From NCBI GenBank assembly GCA_022483045.1, contig JAKVOA010000001.1:207750-271749 (forward strand): a stretch of 64,000 bases of DNA, written 5' to 3'. Position 1 is the stretch's first letter; each line of letters begins with the position of its first letter. This DNA comes from Oscillospiraceae bacterium (GTDB lineage Bacteria > Bacillota > Clostridia > Oscillospirales > Acutalibacteraceae). Shown here in pieces: positions 40,083-49,639 of this stretch. Under the pieces are notes generated by a model, which worked only from the letters and a program-made list of their open reading frames with translations, searched no databases and was not told the DNA's origin. A program made the position numbers and the translations under genes.

Positions 40083-40713
40083 GCAGACCATGCTGCTTTA
40101 TGCTGTGACAGACCGCGCGTGGGTCGGGAAAGAAACACTGCTGCAGCAGATAGAGGACGCCCTAAAAGGCGGCGCCACGTGTATACAGCTGCGCGAAAAA
40201 GAATTGGACGACACGCATTTTCTGCAGGAAGCCCTGCAGGCAAAGGCCCTCTGCCGCCGCTACGGCGTTCCGTTTATCATCGACGATGATGTAGAGATCG
40301 CCGTCAAAAGCGGCGCAGACGGCGTTCACGTTGGCCAGCACGATATGCAGGCGGGCAGGGTGCGTCGGCTGATTGGCAGCGGCATGATTTTGGGCGTTTC
40401 CGCGCAGACCAAAGAACAGGCCCTTGCTGCACAGGAAAACGGTGCGGATTATTTGGGCGTGGGGGCTGTGTTCCCAACCGAAACCAAAAAAGACGCAGAT
40501 GCGGTATCTTACAGTACGCTGAAAGAAATCTGCGCGGCGGTTTCCATTCCTGTATGCGCTATCGGCGGCATTTCCCAGAAAAATCTGCTGCAGCTTACGG
40601 GCAGCGGCATTGATGGTGTGGCGCTGGTTTCGGCCGTCTTTGGCAGCCCCAATATTGAAAAAAGCTGCAGGGAACTGCTGGCACTTTCCAGGCAGGCTGC
40701 AGCAAAGGAATGA
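40069..40713 (+). CDS. thiE: thiamine-phosphate synthase
   Basis: LLYAVTDR, IQLREK and GADYLGVGAVFPT motifs. ATG 40069 lies 8 nt after GGAAGAGGG. Confidence 0.9.
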   Translation: MKCSKQTMLLYAVTDRAWVGKETLLQQIEDALKGGATCIQLREKELDDTHFLQEALQAKALCRRYGVPFIIDDDVEIAVKSGADGVHVGQHDMQAGRVRRLIGSGMILGVSAQTKEQALAAQENGADYLGVGAVFPTETKKDADAVSYSTLKEICAAVSIPVCAIGGISQKNLLQLTGSGIDGVALVSAVFGSPNIEKSCRELLALSRQAAAKE

Positions 40714-40722
40714 GGTGCGGTG

Positions 40723-41523
40723 ATGCAGAAAGTTCTTACTATTGCCGGCTCAGATTCCAGCGGAGGCGCCGGCATTCAGGCGGATATAAAAACGATCACG
40801 GCGCATAAAATGTACGCGATGAGCGTTATCACTGCACTGACTGCACAGAATACAACCGGTGTGTTTGGCATAGAGGATACGCCCCCTGCGTTTGTCGCAA
40901 GCCAGATAGACGCCGTTTTTACAGATATTTTTCCGGATGCTGTCAAAATCGGCATGGTTTCCAGTACAGAGATCATACATATCATTGCTGAAAAACTGAA
41001 ACAGTACGCACCTAAGAATCTGGTGATTGACCCGGTCATGGTGTCTACCAGCGGCTGCCAGCTGATTACCCCGCGGGCATGCAGTGCTCTGCGTACCGAA
41101 CTGTTGCCGCTGGCGGATGTTGTGACGCCTAATCTGCCGGAAGCAGAGGTGCTGTGTGGGTTTCCAGTTCATACAGAATCGCAAATGGAACATGCTGCGC
41201 AGGAAATCGGCGAAACCCTGCATGCGGCGGTATTGGTAAAGGGCGGCCACCTGGCGAAGGACGCTGCCGACTGCCTGTATGACCACGGCACGCTTTCCTG
41301 GTACCGCTCTAAGCGGGTTGCAAATCCAAACACCCACGGTACGGGCTGCACGCTTTCTTCGGCGATTGCCTGCAATCTGGCGGCTGGCAAGCCGCTGCAG
41401 CAGAGCATTAGCGATGCAAAGGACTATTTGACCGGCGCACTCCAAGCAATGCTGAATTTAGGCCGTGGTTCCGGCCCGCTGGACCACACCTATTGGCTGG
41501 AAATCTGCCGCGAAAATCAGTGA
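40723..41523 (+). CDS. thiD: hydroxymethylpyrimidine/phosphomethylpyrimidine kinase
   Basis: VLTIAGSDSSGGAGIQADIKT N-terminus and HGTGCTLSSAIA motif. Confidence 0.9.
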   Translation: MQKVLTIAGSDSSGGAGIQADIKTITAHKMYAMSVITALTAQNTTGVFGIEDTPPAFVASQIDAVFTDIFPDAVKIGMVSSTEIIHIIAEKLKQYAPKNLVIDPVMVSTSGCQLITPRACSALRTELLPLADVVTPNLPEAEVLCGFPVHTESQMEHAAQEIGETLHAAVLVKGGHLAKDAADCLYDHGTLSWYRSKRVANPNTHGTGCTLSSAIACNLAAGKPLQQSISDAKDYLTGALQAMLNLGRGSGPLDHTYWLEICRENQ

Positions 41524-42596
41524 GAAAAGGAAACAACGACAATGGCCGTCTGCAAAAGGGCCAAAATACTGGCAAAAGCTATCTGAAAGCGTCGATTGAT
41601 GTACATGACTGCCAAGTATTCGCGCAAAACAGCGTTTGGGAAATAATATTTCGCCGTTTTTGCGCCAAGACCCTGTATCTTGCGAAAACCGGCAAGCCTT
41701 GCGTAGTAAATAGCGCGGTAAAGATGATAGTTGTTGGTTACCACCATACAGCGCGTCTTTGCTGCGCCTTTTGGGGTTTCTTTTACGTCGATGATTTCTT
41801 TGGAAAACCGCAGGTTTTCTTCTGTGTTTTTTGAGTTTGTCTCTGCCAGCAAATCTTCTGCCGGAATTCCTTTTGCCAGCGCATAGCGGTACATAGCGGT
41901 CCCCTCAGGCAGGGCCTCGTCGCCGCCCTGCCCGCCAGAGAGCAGAATGGTGGGGTGCTGGCCCCTCTTTCTGGCCCGCTGATAAAAGTGAATGGCTTTG
42001 TCAATGCGGCCGGCGAGCATGGGCGAGACATCGCTGCCATGCAGTAGCCCGCAGCCAAGCACAATCAGATAGCGCACCTTTTTATAGTGCGGCCGGTGAA
42101 GGTGCAGCAGAATCAGCATTGTTAAAAAGGCGGTCATTGTGAGCAGCAGAAAAAATTCGCCGACGAAAACATAGGAAAAAATCAGCGAAACGACAGGCTT
42201 TTTATAGATGTTCCAGCCAAACGCAATGCCGATTACAATTTGTGCAATAATGCCGACCGTTAAAATCAGAGAAAGCATATTTGGCAGGCTGTGCTGTTCG
42301 CGCTTTAGCATTTGTACCGAACTGGTAAATAAATAAAAGAATAAAATAAATACGCCGCACAGCACCAGCAGAAACAGCACGATGGCCAAAGCAACCGCAA
42401 GAGTGGAGATGATCTTTTGCTGAACAGAGACCATCCAGCACAGCAGGCCCCCCAGTGCGGCGATTAAAAAAGCATCAAAAAGGAATCCGTTTCGCAGCCG
42501 GGCAGGATGTACCGTATACGTGATGCAAAACAGAATAAAGCAGAAAGCTGCTGCCCCTAAAAGTGCTCTTGAGAGCACGTCAAGCGTAAGTGACAT
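41517..42596 (-). CDS. DUF218 (YdcF/SanA-like) domain membrane protein
   Basis: N-terminal polytopic region followed by a DUF218-like block LIVLGCGL...LLSGGQG...EGTAM...NTEENLRFS. Confidence 0.7.
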   Translation of the reverse strand: MSLTLDVLSRALLGAAAFCFILFCITYTVHPARLRNGFLFDAFLIAALGGLLCWMVSVQQKIISTLAVALAIVLFLLVLCGVFILFFYLFTSSVQMLKREQHSLPNMLSLILTVGIIAQIVIGIAFGWNIYKKPVVSLIFSYVFVGEFFLLLTMTAFLTMLILLHLHRPHYKKVRYLIVLGCGLLHGSDVSPMLAGRIDKAIHFYQRARKRGQHPTILLSGGQGGDEALPEGTAMYRYALAKGIPAEDLLAETNSKNTEENLRFSKEIIDVKETPKGAAKTRCMVVTNNYHLYRAIYYARLAGFRKIQGLGAKTAKYYFPNAVLREYLAVMYINRRFQIAFASILALLQTAIVVVSFSH

Positions 42597-42695
42597 ACGT
42601 CTGTTCCTCTTTTCTTTTTCTGTGCGTACGTAAAAATAGGCTGATAATTCTTTCTTTCAGTTTATCATATTTTTCTATAACAAAAAAGAGATACA

Positions 42696-42735
42696 TAAAA
42701 AATGGCCGGTGCTGTAAAAAGCACCGGCCATTTTT
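42696..42735. terminator. terminator downstream of lctP
   Basis: 12-bp perfect stem ATGGCCGGTGCT / AGCACCGGCCAT flanked by an A-run and a T-run. Confidence 0.75.
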
Positions 42736-42833
42736 ATGACAAATTCAGCTTTTAGGAATGTGATGGACTGCTTCAGTATCGGGGTACTGTATAGCTAAAG
42801 CTGAAAGTCAGACAAATAAAATACGGAAATGTG

Positions 42834-44435
42834 TCAGTTGATAAGCGAAGGAGCGATTCCCTGCAGCAGACCAACAACCAGGCAAGCAATTACCAGCAAC
42901 AGGATAGCCCACTTGAAAATGCCTTTGAGCAGCTTGCTGTCCTGACCTTCCAGGCCAACAGCGGCAACTGCGGTTGCAATGCACTGTGGAGACATAATCT
43001 TGCCAATGCCGGCGCCCAAAGAGTTCGCTGCAGCCAGCCAGTAAGGCGAAACGTTAATTGCTTTTGCCGCCTGTACCTGCAGAGACCCCAGCAGGACCTC
43101 GGTATTTGTGCCGCTGCCGGTGACAAATGCACCAATCGCCGCAATAATCGGGGCGACAAACGGATAGAACTTGCCGGTCAGTGTGACAAAGAGCTTTGCC
43201 ATATCGCCGATCATGCCGGAGAAGGTCATAATCTTTGCCATAGCCATAACCGACATAATGGTGATAATGGTCTTTACCATCTGCTTGAAAGTAGCACCCA
43301 GAGTCGCCAGCATATCACGGCCGGAAATGTGCTGTGCAATACCGCCGATAATTGCGGCAATGAAAATTAGCACACCGGGGGTGTTGATCCAGCTGAACGT
43401 TGTCTTTGTCTTGGACATGGTGCTGATGATGACAGAAGTCTTGAATTGACCGAGGAAAGTGTTGATCGGCGGAACCAGCTTAGAGGTGAGCAGCAGGAAT
43501 ACAAAGATCAGGATGAAAGGAAGCCATGCGATGATAGGCTTCATATCTACCTGTTTTTCTTTTGCTGCCGCTGCAGCGCCGCCGCCTTCTGCACGCATAT
43601 CGTACTCGGCAGGAACAGGCTTGCCTTTGCGTGCGCGGGCCATTAGAATGGTGCACAGCAGAGAAACAATGCAGCCGACGATAACGGTCAGTTCCGGGCC
43701 GATGAACTTGGAAACAATCAGCTCAGGAATCAGGAAGCTGATGCCGGAAACCAGGGTGATACCGACAACACCTTTCAGTGCCTTGGGGCCGCCGCCGCCG
43801 ACAATGATCATCAGGAACGGGACTAAAATCATAAACGGAGCCATCTGTACAATGGTTGTAAAAGAAATTGCGGTTGGGACTAAGCCGGTGCCGCCGAAGT
43901 TTGCTGTAAAGGTGGCAGCAGTGGAGCTTATAAGGGTCGTTGTAGGAATACCAACAGAGCCGAATGCTGTTGGGAAAGCGTTGGCCAGCATACATACCAG
44001 GCAGGCAAGCACGGGGTTCATGCCCATGCCAGCCAGCATGCTTGCAGGGATTGCAATGGCGGTGCCGAAACCTGCCATGCCTTCCAGGAAGCCGCCGAAG
44101 CACCAGCCGATAAGCAGGATGATGATGCGCTTATCAGCGGAAATACCGGTGAGCATTCTTTTAATGACATCCATGGCACCGCTGCGCAGCGACAAATTAT
44201 ATGTAAAAATTGCTGCGATGATGACTAGGATGATTGGCCACAGTGCTGAAAGGAAACCTTCCAAAGCAGAGGTGGCCATGCCAACAGCCGGCATTTTCCA
44301 CATGGTCAGCGCAAGCACAATGGCGATCACCATAGCGCTTAGGCAGGCCCAGTGACCGGGCATTTTTAGCGCGGTCAGAGCCACGATAATCCATATGATT
44401 GGTACGAGTGCAATAATGGACTGTAGTAATGACAT
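42834..44435 (-). CDS. lctP: L-lactate permease (LctP family)
   Basis: ~533-aa polytopic protein with LctP-like sequence. Start at ATG 44435 (MSLLQSII...), preceded by GAAGGAGG. Confidence 0.85.
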   Translation of the reverse strand: MSLLQSIIALVPIIWIIVALTALKMPGHWACLSAMVIAIVLALTMWKMPAVGMATSALEGFLSALWPIILVIIAAIFTYNLSLRSGAMDVIKRMLTGISADKRIIILLIGWCFGGFLEGMAGFGTAIAIPASMLAGMGMNPVLACLVCMLANAFPTAFGSVGIPTTTLISSTAATFTANFGGTGLVPTAISFTTIVQMAPFMILVPFLMIIVGGGGPKALKGVVGITLVSGISFLIPELIVSKFIGPELTVIVGCIVSLLCTILMARARKGKPVPAEYDMRAEGGGAAAAAKEKQVDMKPIIAWLPFILIFVFLLLTSKLVPPINTFLGQFKTSVIISTMSKTKTTFSWINTPGVLIFIAAIIGGIAQHISGRDMLATLGATFKQMVKTIITIMSVMAMAKIMTFSGMIGDMAKLFVTLTGKFYPFVAPIIAAIGAFVTGSGTNTEVLLGSLQVQAAKAINVSPYWLAAANSLGAGIGKIMSPQCIATAVAAVGLEGQDSKLLKGIFKWAILLLVIACLVVGLLQGIAPSLIN

Positions 44436-44653
44436 AAAGAAACCTCCTTCATTTTTTGCGGTGGCAGAAGCCTTTCTGCCGCCAAAATTATTTGTCGCTA
44501 ATACGAAATTCATACTAGCAAATTACATAAAAAAGTTGTATAATATAAAAAAATAAATTACCAAAGAGGTAGGACCCCAAAGCTAAAGAACAAGCATCCA
44601 GCTTCGTGCCGGTGGGCGGTTTAGCCAAATTGGATGGACCGCTTAACATGGTT

Positions 44654-44682
44654 ATTATATGCCCCAATCGTTAAAATGTCTA
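44654..44682 (-). promoter_or_regulatory. candidate lctP promoter (minus strand TAGACA - 17 nt - TATAAT)
   Basis: Plus-strand TGTCTA at 44677-44682 and ATTATA at 44654-44659. Predicts a ~210-nt leader. Confidence 0.4.
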
Positions 44683-44908
44683 TAATTTTCTGCAAAACAA
44701 ATAGAATTTTTACTATATATACAAAGAATACAGTGAAAAATTGTGAGAAAGTTAGAAATTCCATTTAGGGGATTGCATTTAGCGATATTTGTGTTAAAGT
44801 TTTAGAGAAGCCGAAAAGTGGTTTAACCAATCTTGCAAAGAACCAACACTTTATTATAAAAGCCAAGAGGACCCAAAAGCCTCTTGCAGAAACGGAGGGA
44901 AACAAAGC

Positions 44909-46186
44909 ATGGATACCATTAAAATCCCATTTGGAAAAGCAGGCATGACTCTGCACGCCGATTTGTCAAAGGCAGAGGTCCTCACCTCTCACATCGGCGA
45001 GCTAAAAGCAACCGGCTCTGAAGATGCCCTGGTACAGGAAGCCATGGCACATCCAATTGGGTCCCCACGCCTGAGTGAGCTCAGCAAAGGAAAAAAGACC
45101 TGTACAATTATTATCAGCGACCACACCCGCCCTGTTCCCAGCAAACATATCATCCCCTTTATGCTCAAGGAACTGCGGGAAGGAAATCCCGACATCGATA
45201 TTACATTGTTGGTGGCGACCGGCTTCCACCGCCCGTCGTCAAAGGAAGAAATGGTTTCAAAGCTTGGGCAGGAAATCGTTGACAACGAAAAAATCGTTGT
45301 TCACGACAGCCGTAATCCCGACACCAATATGCAGGTCGGTGTGCTGCCATCTGGCGCACCCTGTGTTATCGATAAGGCTGCCGCAAAAGCGGACCTGCTG
45401 GTGTCAGAGGGCTTTATTGAAACACACTTTTTTGCCGGATTTTCCGGCGGACGCAAGAGCGTTCTGCCCGGTGTCTGCGACCAGGTAACGGTGCTCGGAA
45501 ACCACTGCTCAAAGTTCATTGCTTCACCGTATGCGCGCACAGGCATTCTAAAGGGCAACCCGCTGCACAAAGATATGCTTGAGGCCGCAAGACTGGCCGG
45601 CCTGAAGTACATAGTAAATGTAATTATCGATGAAAACAAAAAAGTCGTTGCGGCTTTTGCCGGTGACTCTGTAAAAGCACATCAGGCCGGCTGCGACCTG
45701 CTGAGCAAGTATTGTAAAGTAAGTCCCAAGCAGAAAGGCGACATCGTCATTTCCAGCAACGGCGGCTATCCGCTTGACCAGAACATTTACCAGAGCGTAA
45801 AAGGCCTGACCGCTGCTGAGGCTGCTGCCGCTGATGGCGCTGTGCTGCTGATGGTTGCAAAATGCAACGATGGCCACGGTGGAGAGGGCTTCTACAATGC
45901 ACTGAAAAATTGCGCTTCACCTGAAGAGCTGACCAAAGAAATTTTGGCCACACCGCAGAACAAGACAAAGCCTGACCAGTGGGAATTTCAGATTTTGTGC
46001 CGCGTTCTGTGCAAGCATCATGTTATCTATATTACTGACCCTGCGCAGAAGCAGATTATCGAAGATATGAAGATGGAGTGGGCACCCGACGTTGACACCG
46101 CACTTGCGCGCGCCCGTGAATTAAAAGGTGCAGATGCACACCTCGTTGTAATACCTGATGGAATTTCTGTAATGGTTTTGCAATAG
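44909..46186 (+). CDS. larA: nickel-pincer-cofactor-dependent lactate racemase (LarA family, DUF2088)
   Basis: 425 aa with N-terminal ...TIIISDHTRPVPS... block and overall LarA-like sequence. Located in a lactate gene cluster. Confidence 0.8.
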   Translation: MDTIKIPFGKAGMTLHADLSKAEVLTSHIGELKATGSEDALVQEAMAHPIGSPRLSELSKGKKTCTIIISDHTRPVPSKHIIPFMLKELREGNPDIDITLLVATGFHRPSSKEEMVSKLGQEIVDNEKIVVHDSRNPDTNMQVGVLPSGAPCVIDKAAAKADLLVSEGFIETHFFAGFSGGRKSVLPGVCDQVTVLGNHCSKFIASPYARTGILKGNPLHKDMLEAARLAGLKYIVNVIIDENKKVVAAFAGDSVKAHQAGCDLLSKYCKVSPKQKGDIVISSNGGYPLDQNIYQSVKGLTAAEAAAADGAVLLMVAKCNDGHGGEGFYNALKNCASPEELTKEILATPQNKTKPDQWEFQILCRVLCKHHVIYITDPAQKQIIEDMKMEWAPDVDTALARARELKGADAHLVVIPDGISVMVLQ

Positions 46187-46316
46187 TTCATATTATTTAC
46201 AAAATTTTTAGTAGAAATATACGTACTGAAGCAAAAAATTTCAAAAAAAACGAAAAAAAGAGATAATTACACTTGATAATTATTTCTCAAAGAATTATCC
46301 TTAAGGAGGAGCTGTT

Positions 46317-47738
46317 ATGGCTAATTACAATTCAATCACACCTGAGATCCTAGCCGAACTTCAGAAGGCTGCGCCCGGTCATGTTGTTACCGGTGCAGAT
46401 GTCAATCCGGACTACGCAAGAGACGAAATGCCGATCTACGGCAGTCATATGCCGGACATTTCCATCGATGCACAAAGCACTGAGGAAATTTCCGCAATTA
46501 TGAAAATCTGCTACGAAAACAACATTCCGGTCACTACCCGTGGTGCCGGTACCGGCCTTGCAGGTGCCTGCGTGCCTATCTATGGCGGCGTGGTTATCTG
46601 CACAACAAAGATGAACAAGATCCTTTCTTATGATCTTGACAACTTTGCCGTGACTGTACAGCCTGGTGTACTGCTTCAGACCCTGGCTGACGATGCCCTC
46701 AAGCATGGCTGCATGTATCCCCCAGATCCGGGCGAAAAACTGGCTACATTGGGCGGCAATGTTTCGACCAACGCAGGCGGTATGCGTGCTGTTAAATACG
46801 GTGCAACCCGCGACTATGTCCGTGCAATGACTGTTGTTCTGCCGACCGGCGAAATCGTGCATTTTGGTGCGACTGTTTCCAAAACCAGCTCTGGCTACAG
46901 CATGACCAACCTGATGTGTGGGTCTGAGGGCACGCTGGGCATTATCACTGAACTGACCCTGAAGCTGATTCCTGCTCCGCAGGCAACAATCAGCCTGATG
47001 GCGCCTTTTGAGGACCTTGCCGCGTGCATTTCCACTGTCCCGAAGTTTGCAAAGAACCATTTCCATCCGCAGGCTCTGGAGTTCTTTGAGAAAGAAATTC
47101 TGGTTTCTTCCGAAGAGTATCTGGGCAAACAGGTCTTCCCGCGCAAGATCGAGGGCAAAGATGTCGGTGCTTACCTGCTGATTACCTTTGATGGTGATTC
47201 TCAGGATGAACTTGACCCAATCGTCGAGAAAGCTGCTGACATGCTGCTTGAAAACGGTGCTATGGATGTTTTGGTTGCAGATACTGCCCCGAAACTGAAA
47301 GATACCTGGGCCGCTCGTTCTTCTTTCCTGGATGGCATCGAGGAGCAGACCAAACTGCTGGATGAATGCGATGTTGTTGTTCCTGTCAACGCCATTGCAG
47401 ATTACGTTGGCTTTGTTGCTGACATCAAAAAGAAATTTGACTTCTCTGTCAAGTACTTTGGTCATGCCGGCGATGGCAACCTGCACATCTACACCTGCTC
47501 GAATGACATGGATCCCAAAGAGTTCAACAAGCAAGTCGATCAGTTCATGAGCGCAATCTATCAGAAGGCCATGGCGCTGGGCGGCCAGATCTCCGGCGAG
47601 CACGGCATCGGCCTTGGCAAGACAAAATACCTGGCAGAGGCCCTCGGCCCGGTCAATATCCGTCTGCAGCAGGGCATCAAGAAGGTATTCGATCCTAAGC
47701 TGATTCTGAATCCTGGCAAGGTCTGCTACAGAGCGTAA
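46317..47738 (+). CDS. FAD-binding oxidoreductase, GlcD/LctD-type (Etf-dependent lactate dehydrogenase candidate)
   Basis: 473 aa with FAD/PCMH-domain motif RGAGTGLAGACVP. Directly followed by etfB and etfA. Confidence 0.8.
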   Translation: MANYNSITPEILAELQKAAPGHVVTGADVNPDYARDEMPIYGSHMPDISIDAQSTEEISAIMKICYENNIPVTTRGAGTGLAGACVPIYGGVVICTTKMNKILSYDLDNFAVTVQPGVLLQTLADDALKHGCMYPPDPGEKLATLGGNVSTNAGGMRAVKYGATRDYVRAMTVVLPTGEIVHFGATVSKTSSGYSMTNLMCGSEGTLGIITELTLKLIPAPQATISLMAPFEDLAACISTVPKFAKNHFHPQALEFFEKEILVSSEEYLGKQVFPRKIEGKDVGAYLLITFDGDSQDELDPIVEKAADMLLENGAMDVLVADTAPKLKDTWAARSSFLDGIEEQTKLLDECDVVVPVNAIADYVGFVADIKKKFDFSVKYFGHAGDGNLHIYTCSNDMDPKEFNKQVDQFMSAIYQKAMALGGQISGEHGIGLGKTKYLAEALGPVNIRLQQGIKKVFDPKLILNPGKVCYRA

Positions 47739-47783
47739 GCCGCTTCAGCGTCAACTTGTAAGCAAATAGTTAGGAGTGTTGTT

Positions 47784-48587
47784 ATGAATATTTTGGTATG
47801 TGTTAAGCAGGTACCGGACACCACTGAAATCAAGATTGATCCTGTGACCAATACTTTGGTTCGTGACGGCGTGCCCAGCATTGTAAACCCCTTTGACGGG
47901 TATGCCCTGGAAGCAGCCGCCCGCATTAAGGACAAGAACCCTGACACCAAAATCGTGGTGCTCTCTATGGGTCCTGGTCAGGCAGAAGCCGCACTGCGCG
48001 ACTGCCTGGCAATTGCGGCCGACAAGGCCTATTTAGCAAGCGACCGTGCTTTTGGCGGGTCCGATACGCTGGCCACCAGTTATATCCTCAGCGCAGCTGT
48101 TAAAAAGGTTGAGGAACTGGAAGGTAAATTCGACGCTATCTTCTGCGGCAAGCAGGCAATCGATGGCGATACTGCACAGGTCGGTCCTGAGATGGCTGAG
48201 CATTTGGGCTATCCGCAGGTCACCTATGGCCTGGAAGCCTCTGAAGAAGCGGACGGCCTTCATGTTCTTCGTGAAGCTGAGGACGGTACTGAGCTCGTGG
48301 GTATACAGCTGCCCTGTGTGGTAACATTTACCAAACCAAGCTATGACCCCCGTTTCCCCACCATTAAGCGTAAAATGGCCGCTCGCAGAGCAAAAATCGA
48401 GCAGCTTGCTGCTGCCGATTTGTCTACGATCGATCTTTCCCGCGCTGGTTTAAAGGGCTCACCAACTAAGGTGAAAAAGACCTTTGTACCACAGCGCAAG
48501 GCTGCCGGCGTAATCATTAAGGAAGAAACACCTGAGGATTCCGCTCGCAAGCTGTTCCACATGCTTAACGATGCACATGTCATTTAA
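47784..48587 (+). CDS. etfB: electron transfer flavoprotein beta subunit
   Basis: MNILVCVKQVPDT N-terminus and GKQAIDGDTAQVGP segment. Confidence 0.9.
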   Translation: MNILVCVKQVPDTTEIKIDPVTNTLVRDGVPSIVNPFDGYALEAAARIKDKNPDTKIVVLSMGPGQAEAALRDCLAIAADKAYLASDRAFGGSDTLATSYILSAAVKKVEELEGKFDAIFCGKQAIDGDTAQVGPEMAEHLGYPQVTYGLEASEEADGLHVLREAEDGTELVGIQLPCVVTFTKPSYDPRFPTIKRKMAARRAKIEQLAAADLSTIDLSRAGLKGSPTKVKKTFVPQRKAAGVIIKEETPEDSARKLFHMLNDAHVI

Positions 48588-48599
48588 GGAGGGCCATAC

Positions 48600-49604
48600 A
48601 TGGAAGTTAAGAGCAAAGACCTTTGGGTTTTTATTGAAACAAAGGAGGACGGCTCTGCCAAGAACGTTGGCATTGAGCTGTTAAATCCTGGCCGCGAACT
48701 GGCTGACAAGCAGGGCGGCGCACTGGTAGCAGTCGTCATTGGCAGCAACACAAAGGCAGCGGTAGAAGATGCCGGCACACATGGCGCTGACAAAGTCATT
48801 GTCGTAGACAGCGAAGAGTTTAAAGTATACTCCACCGATGCCTATGAACTGGCTATGGTACATCTGATTGAAAAGTATGCACCGACTACAATTCTGATCG
48901 GCGCTACTCCAGAGGGCCGCGATTTGGCACCTCGTATTTCCTGCAATCTGAAAACCGGCCTGACTGCTGACTGCACCGCGCTGAGCATTGATGATGAGAC
49001 AGGCAACATGGTTTGGACCCGCCCGGCATTCGGCGGCAACCTGATGGCTTGCATCATGTGCCCGAACAACCGCCCCCAGATGGGCACGGTTCGTCCTGGC
49101 GTATTCAAGAAGCCTGCCGATACAGAAAACAAGGCAGCGGTTACTACAGAAGAATTCCATGTTTCTCCTGAGCAGATCCGTACAAAGATTCTGAAAGTCA
49201 TGAAGGAATCTACTGCTGACTTTGTCGACCTTGAGGGTGCTGATATTATCGTATCCGGCGGCCGCGGTGTTGGCGGAGCAGAGGGCTTTAAGCCGATTAA
49301 AGAACTGGCAGATGCGTTGGGTGGCGTTGTTGGCGCTTCCCGTGCGGCTGTTGATGAGGGCTGGATCGCCCATTCTCATCAGGTTGGCCAGACAGGTAAG
49401 ACAGTTGGTCCGAAGCTGTACATTGCCTGCGGCATTTCTGGCGCTATTCAGCATTTGGCTGGTATCAGCGGTGCTGACGTGGTTGTTGCTATCAATAAAG
49501 ATGCAGATGCACCGATCTTTGGCAGAGCTGATTACGGTGTTGTCGGCAACTTGTTTGATATTGTTCCGGTACTTACCGAAGAGGTCAAAAAGCTGAAAGG
49601 CTGA
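48600..49604 (+). CDS. etfA: electron transfer flavoprotein alpha subunit
   Basis: 334 aa with C-terminal FAD-binding block GASRAAVDEGW...QVGQTGKTV.PKLYIACGISGAIQH. Confidence 0.9.
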   Translation: MEVKSKDLWVFIETKEDGSAKNVGIELLNPGRELADKQGGALVAVVIGSNTKAAVEDAGTHGADKVIVVDSEEFKVYSTDAYELAMVHLIEKYAPTTILIGATPEGRDLAPRISCNLKTGLTADCTALSIDDETGNMVWTRPAFGGNLMACIMCPNNRPQMGTVRPGVFKKPADTENKAAVTTEEFHVSPEQIRTKILKVMKESTADFVDLEGADIIVSGGRGVGGAEGFKPIKELADALGGVVGASRAAVDEGWIAHSHQVGQTGKTVGPKLYIACGISGAIQHLAGISGADVVVAINKDADAPIFGRADYGVVGNLFDIVPVLTEEVKKLKG

Positions 49605-49639
49605 TTGCCGTTTAAAGTTTACGAAAGGGGTACTGTATA

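Noticed and set aside
46350-47603. 417-aa minus-strand ORF inside the GlcD-type LDH gene, with similar long antisense ORFs at 48681..49454, 50162..50788 and 43459..44355
   Set aside because: All are antisense to well-supported genes. None has a start context or a family resemblance. I treat them as shadow ORFs.
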